A stretch of 49,957 bases of DNA, from NCBI GenBank assembly GCA_905178155.1, contig CAJINV010000008.1:4404577-4454533 (forward strand), in the 5' to 3' direction. Source of the DNA: Amoebophrya sp. A120 (taxonomy: Eukaryota > Protista > Dinoflagellata). The notes below the pieces were generated by a model. That model saw only the letters and a list, made by a program, of their open reading frames with translations, was not told where the DNA came from and did not search any database. A program made the translations under genes and the position numbers. How positions within the stretch are numbered: position 1 is the first letter of the stretch; the number at the start of each line of letters is the position of its first letter. This document shows positions 48,036-49,957 of this stretch, one piece after another.

Positions 48036-49618
48036 GAGCAGTCCCAGCAGTTCCATCCGACCCGACGAATTCGCGTTCCGCTCCTGCTCTTCCTCGGAAA
48101 ATCTCTTGTGGCCTGCAAAGATAACAGCATCCCGGCCGCGCTGCCGCTGGATACCGAAGACCGACATCCCCGGGCGGCAGCTGTCGATCCCGAAACGTGG
48201 AATCCCGCCGGTCGTTTTCCAGTTGACGGCGGCGAGCTCATCAAGCTCCGATAGCAGCACCGCCTTCCGCAGCTCCGCCTTACAGGAATCGAAGTACTGC
48301 TTTGCAGTTTCGTCGGCCGACAGCTTGGCAATAGGTATCTTCCCAAGTAGGTACTTAGAGAAGTGATCCAGAATCTCGGGCCAATTGCGGATGGCGTTCG
48401 ACATGTAGTTCGCAACACAAACGAACGACTTCAGCTCCTTCACGCTTCTGGGCATCGGCAGGGCATCGAATGCGGCGACCTTCTCTGGATCCGGGCGGCG
48501 ACCGCGGGTCTTGTAGCACAGCTCCCATCCTAGGATGTAGACCTTCGCCTTCACCAGGATTTTCGACAGAGAGAACTTGAAGCCGGAAACGCAGGCCCGG
48601 ACCAAGTGCTGTGCGAGTCGAATCAGGAGGGCAGCAGGTGAGTCGGCCCGGCTGTTGCAATCGTCCATGTAGGGGACGGAGTATCTCGATCCGGAGGGCT
48701 GGCCACTGATCAGGGAGGCGATTAGGTCGTCTTCGGTACTGGCGTCGTGGTTGCAGTAGTCTCGGTAGGTGCAGGCTGTTGCGGCGGTTCCGTACTGGTT
48801 CTGCAAGTCGGCGGCCGCTTGGTGGCTGCTCATCTGTGTGATGGTGTCCAGCTGGGCCGGCTGAAGCGCCGGATCTGTCAGCGAACCAAACACCAGAGCC
48901 ACCCACATCGAGTACAAAGCGGGGGCAAAGATGAGCCCCAAAAACATGCGGAGGGGGGAAAAAACTTTATTTCCATACCCTAGGGCCAAGAATCCTTTCA
49001 ACATTTCATGTAGGAGGAACTGCAGGAACCCCTTGGCATGATCAAGGCAAAGCCAAGAGCCATGCTTCATGGTGTCGAGCCAGGAGTATGGTCCACCCAC
49101 CCAGTTGCTGAAGCGAAGAACCCCAGCGACGATGAGGCCCACGAGCTGCACGACCAGAACATACTGGAGCCATCCACTAATAGGGTCGGTTTCCAGCTTC
49201 GGATTTCTCAGGTCGTCGGAGGTTTCCACATCCTGCACCCAGTTCCAAAGCTCTTCATTCTCGGCGCTGACCATCGAGGAGCGGAAGGTCGGGATCTTTG
49301 GTCTCTCATCTTCGTCGCTGCACGCTGTTTCGACAAAAGAGTACTGCGACAGTCGCTTGACGTTCTTTCCCTCCTCGAAGTTCTGCAGTCTGTTCATCCG
49401 GATAAAACTTTCTTCGACCGTTCCCCAGGTGACGGATTTCTTCGACAGTTCCCCGTCGTGAGGAGCAGACTGGTGATCGGCGATGTTACCACTCGGGCCG
49501 GCACTGGTGGCAGCAGGATCGGGGCCAAGACCGGGCGGAGCGGCGATCATCTTCGCCTTCGGGGTTCGCTCGTTGTTAATCCAGTGCGGGCAGCGTGGTA
49601 CCATCAAAGGTTCTCTTC
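39790..49618 (-). mobile_element. Telomere-abutting retroelement: pol ORF plus long AT-rich 3' non-coding region. 3' boundary approximate.
   Basis: Pol domains as above. Composition changes near 39790 (31070 in copy 1). No paired LTRs are visible. Confidence 0.6.
42750..49607 (-). CDS. pol: Ty3/gypsy-type pol polyprotein, 5'-truncated: RT palm/thumb - RNase H - displaced RT fingers - integrase - EEP/AP endonuclease
   Basis: RT: CLDHAKGFLQ (~49020-49049), RMFLGLIFAPALY, YMDD (48660-48671), PDPEKVAAF..P..P.SVKELKSF...ANY. RNase H: IDSCRPG, MELLGL, FILFFD. Integrase: H-x3-H...C-x2-C, FIDY, CDNGSHF, MVE. EEP: SYNLDG, LQETK, EGRF, NVY, GDFN, WTF, VDYI, IDH. Confidence 0.93.
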   Translation of the reverse strand: MMVPRCPHWINNERTPKAKMIAAPPGLGPDPAATSAGPSGNIADHQSAPHDGELSKKSVTWGTVEESFIRMNRLQNFEEGKNVKRLSQYSFVETACSDEDERPKIPTFRSSMVSAENEELWNWVQDVETSDDLRNPKLETDPISGWLQYVLVVQLVGLIVAGVLRFSNWVGGPYSWLDTMKHGSWLCLDHAKGFLQFLLHEMLKGFLALGYGNKVFSPLRMFLGLIFAPALYSMWVALVFGSLTDPALQPAQLDTITQMSSHQAAADLQNQYGTAATACTYRDYCNHDASTEDDLIASLISGQPSGSRYSVPYMDDCNSRADSPAALLIRLAQHLVRACVSGFKFSLSKILVKAKVYILGWELCYKTRGRRPDPEKVAAFDALPMPRSVKELKSFVCVANYMSNAIRNWPEILDHFSKYLLGKIPIAKLSADETAKQYFDSCKAELRKAVLLSELDELAAVNWKTTGGIPRFGIDSCRPGMSVFGIQRQRGRDAVIFAGHKRFSEEEQERNANSSGRMELLGLLHFVREILPKIPLSVPFILFFDCSSTGIRELITSSQDVRTERSLSSMASEIHSALSGRLCYRVHRVGSSSNLEDIGSRSGTEAKPDGVEANHEEWKEKVKDLFQRFDGAPIPEDPDLEEILLLASLPPADPSADAEYWTVDPSVLEPFVPSEHVVRIDCSTLFPVPQAVSVDVSFAPMVSIPGAPITATPAELEEGVRFEVTLLEKHKKTVKPRVVLRDVVSGEQIKHARCRLHQVGSAPNQEKQVADPGPDTKVRNAISGNATQEQIDAEITKRKEAAQEKLSDRDFHQLICTTLLNTLPVEMPLELRCCFIKICCVLRAALWAPGQPFPTVRIAKAFHPINPRAAAGVSRRFSLPGVLDHIMKFLIEEAIAEGFIEPWFKKAAQTGAPSLISSMFLAKRKKSLLGRIVVDCVGVNRLFEAVTWPINWRADVWKELLSGFPVVESEESDPSPPATAPKPKQTRPAATREEDEEAHVAPVASPEEAAEEVAIAAAALADEVTASPTGRNVCKHGETGTEEGNEDDETDRIYDIFDDEDVLMEDANAPAASPDADQHLLPPEDEEQLLNPDDDSKEKVVPLRLPEWAFHIHCRRKDDVRGNNLVVTLRPKYILPPCGDRWLRYGFTNRNKKAGPPERAYRLIRQMLGHDLSHPISKTWREYKILPPRAELDAESVWFSRSMHLPRGARLYDDEHPSCPTARVIFDSKNYFLFQCFCDRGPANASPSVEVEYGQNPVEIQAEPPEMGPPKKGAKELDALLDSLGTVDASEIVVSTPGDELPDEDAQADSILWKTATELERVIFPASSTEWLWSTIHILVGEGQDETYTAENATRFVEIRVARDDEGNIMEGKIRRWGGALMFLVVGDSFLEKRRPNTIYLLFARKLIAHLHLEPNFKKVLTETQKRQFVLEFAAFEAVARSEEEEEQIAHLLAVAKQHGLRPKRNKAMAMLERLPSYRLCGDVLQFRVPLHGWKILLPTLVEPEEFVFEGQTYDHTSIAVAVISAIHAVSHGRKGILYHLTLRKGFFVEGGLLDLCAKIVSLCIYCSLSPYAQQGPSSVRLQPRLELFRHRGQVLFIDYICGLASGDEFSSIFTATDGRSELTWAEPTTDATAATAADCVFRLMLATFTLYSYIRCDNGSHFGRLFLDTLNALIQKIDPLHEVKTWKSPHYLASGNWMVEHPHHLLNFLIRLLHALAPPSFRLERRNTMDGEFLFVVLDDPDMKLVAEKKKINVKRGPKGKKQAAEEAEAQEEDAMAFLPSNWSDHVRRAGYLLGIQPRGSYAGASLVERHWGAAAPIAANEAVFSTTVEGDLLDEVSLAIKKRRETDFEAVASRIFNHGRSVKREAQKTVNKDLIAGDMVIRLKPDRSKYEMKFLPRIFVVQHRNANSVVLGCLLGRRIRFGQPQAITMVRALPLTEPAILAYLTAALTPGEVSKRVKELVKLGTLDREWPARPPLLRRQPEILPPGEIVIVSYNLDGLFASIESGPRLLDLEEILKTKPHLIFLQETKVSPSLETKARDALNALDSDYTIYLRPSVSKIGYSSTAALARRDLPHEYFGATRFESEVQHEGRFQEIVVGGEHTFGNVYSVNAMEELRRIKQAQAWDLNLRQWLAGPGKRILVGDFNRVIDRSIYGLHGRHNRETPSTSRQETASIQKLLGTENKALQVTHGKRSWTFCTYDKTGFAVDYIVLNKEAQDANRGPLKNKPTTEKRPDQLQPATKEFFCCPPSMTLEIKGTRRGIDHQILISHIRVGEDEETEVTA

Positions 49619-49957
49619 TAGGGTTTAGGGTTTAGGGGTTTAGGGGTTTAGGGGTTTTGGGGTTTAGGGGTTTAGGGGTTTAGGGGTTTAGGGGTTTAGG
49701 GGTTTAGGGGTTTAGGGGTTTAGGGGTTTTGGGGTTTAGGGGTTTAGGGGTTTTGGGGTTTAGGGGTTTAGGGGTTTTAGGGTTTTGGGGTTTAGGGGTT
49801 TAGGGGTTTTGGGGTTTAGGGGTTTAGGGGTTTTGGGGTTTTCGGGTTTTGGGGTTTTGGGGTTTAGGGGTTTAGGGGTTTTGGGGTTTTGGGGTTTAGG
49901 GGTTTTGGGGTTTTGGGGTTTTGGGGTTTTGGGGTTTTGGGGTTTTGGGGTTTTGGG
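49619..49957 (+). repeat. Telomeric tract: two TTTAGGG-type units, then mixed TTTAGGGG/TTTTGGGG
   Basis: G-rich strand runs 5'->3' to the end of the sequence, the correct polarity for a right chromosome end. Confidence 0.95.

Noticed and set aside
34017-49628. Plus-strand ORFs such as 34017..35261, 42738..43982 and 49038..49628
   Set aside because: Antisense shadows of the GC-rich pol ORF.

Overview
Eukaryotic subtelomeric window that ends in a G-rich telomere (TTTAGGGG/TTTTGGGG). The intron style suggests an Amoebophrya-like dinoflagellate or alveolate; this is an inference. (1) 1.2-14 kb: a large multi-exon gene for a Cys-rich mosaic protein with a PAN/apple-like motif, four ~175-aa Cys repeats, Thr tracts and a LamG-like jelly roll. 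Several of its introns are non-canonical. They are TA(T)...(A)TA inverted-repeat elements with 5-bp target duplications (introner/MITE-like), and an empty-site copy of one insertion lies in the same window. (2) 15-31 kb: degenerate or non-coding DNA, two minisatellites and a very GC-rich block. (3) 31-49.6 kb: a minus-strand Ty3/gypsy-type pol ORF of 2285 aa with an odd layout: RT palm/thumb, RNase H, displaced N-terminal RT fingers, HHCC/DDE integrase, then a C-terminal AP-endonuclease (EEP) domain. Its frame stays open up to the telomere junction. The 8.7-kb near-identical duplicate joined at a single N is probably an assembly overlap. All calls were made by eye, with no database searches.
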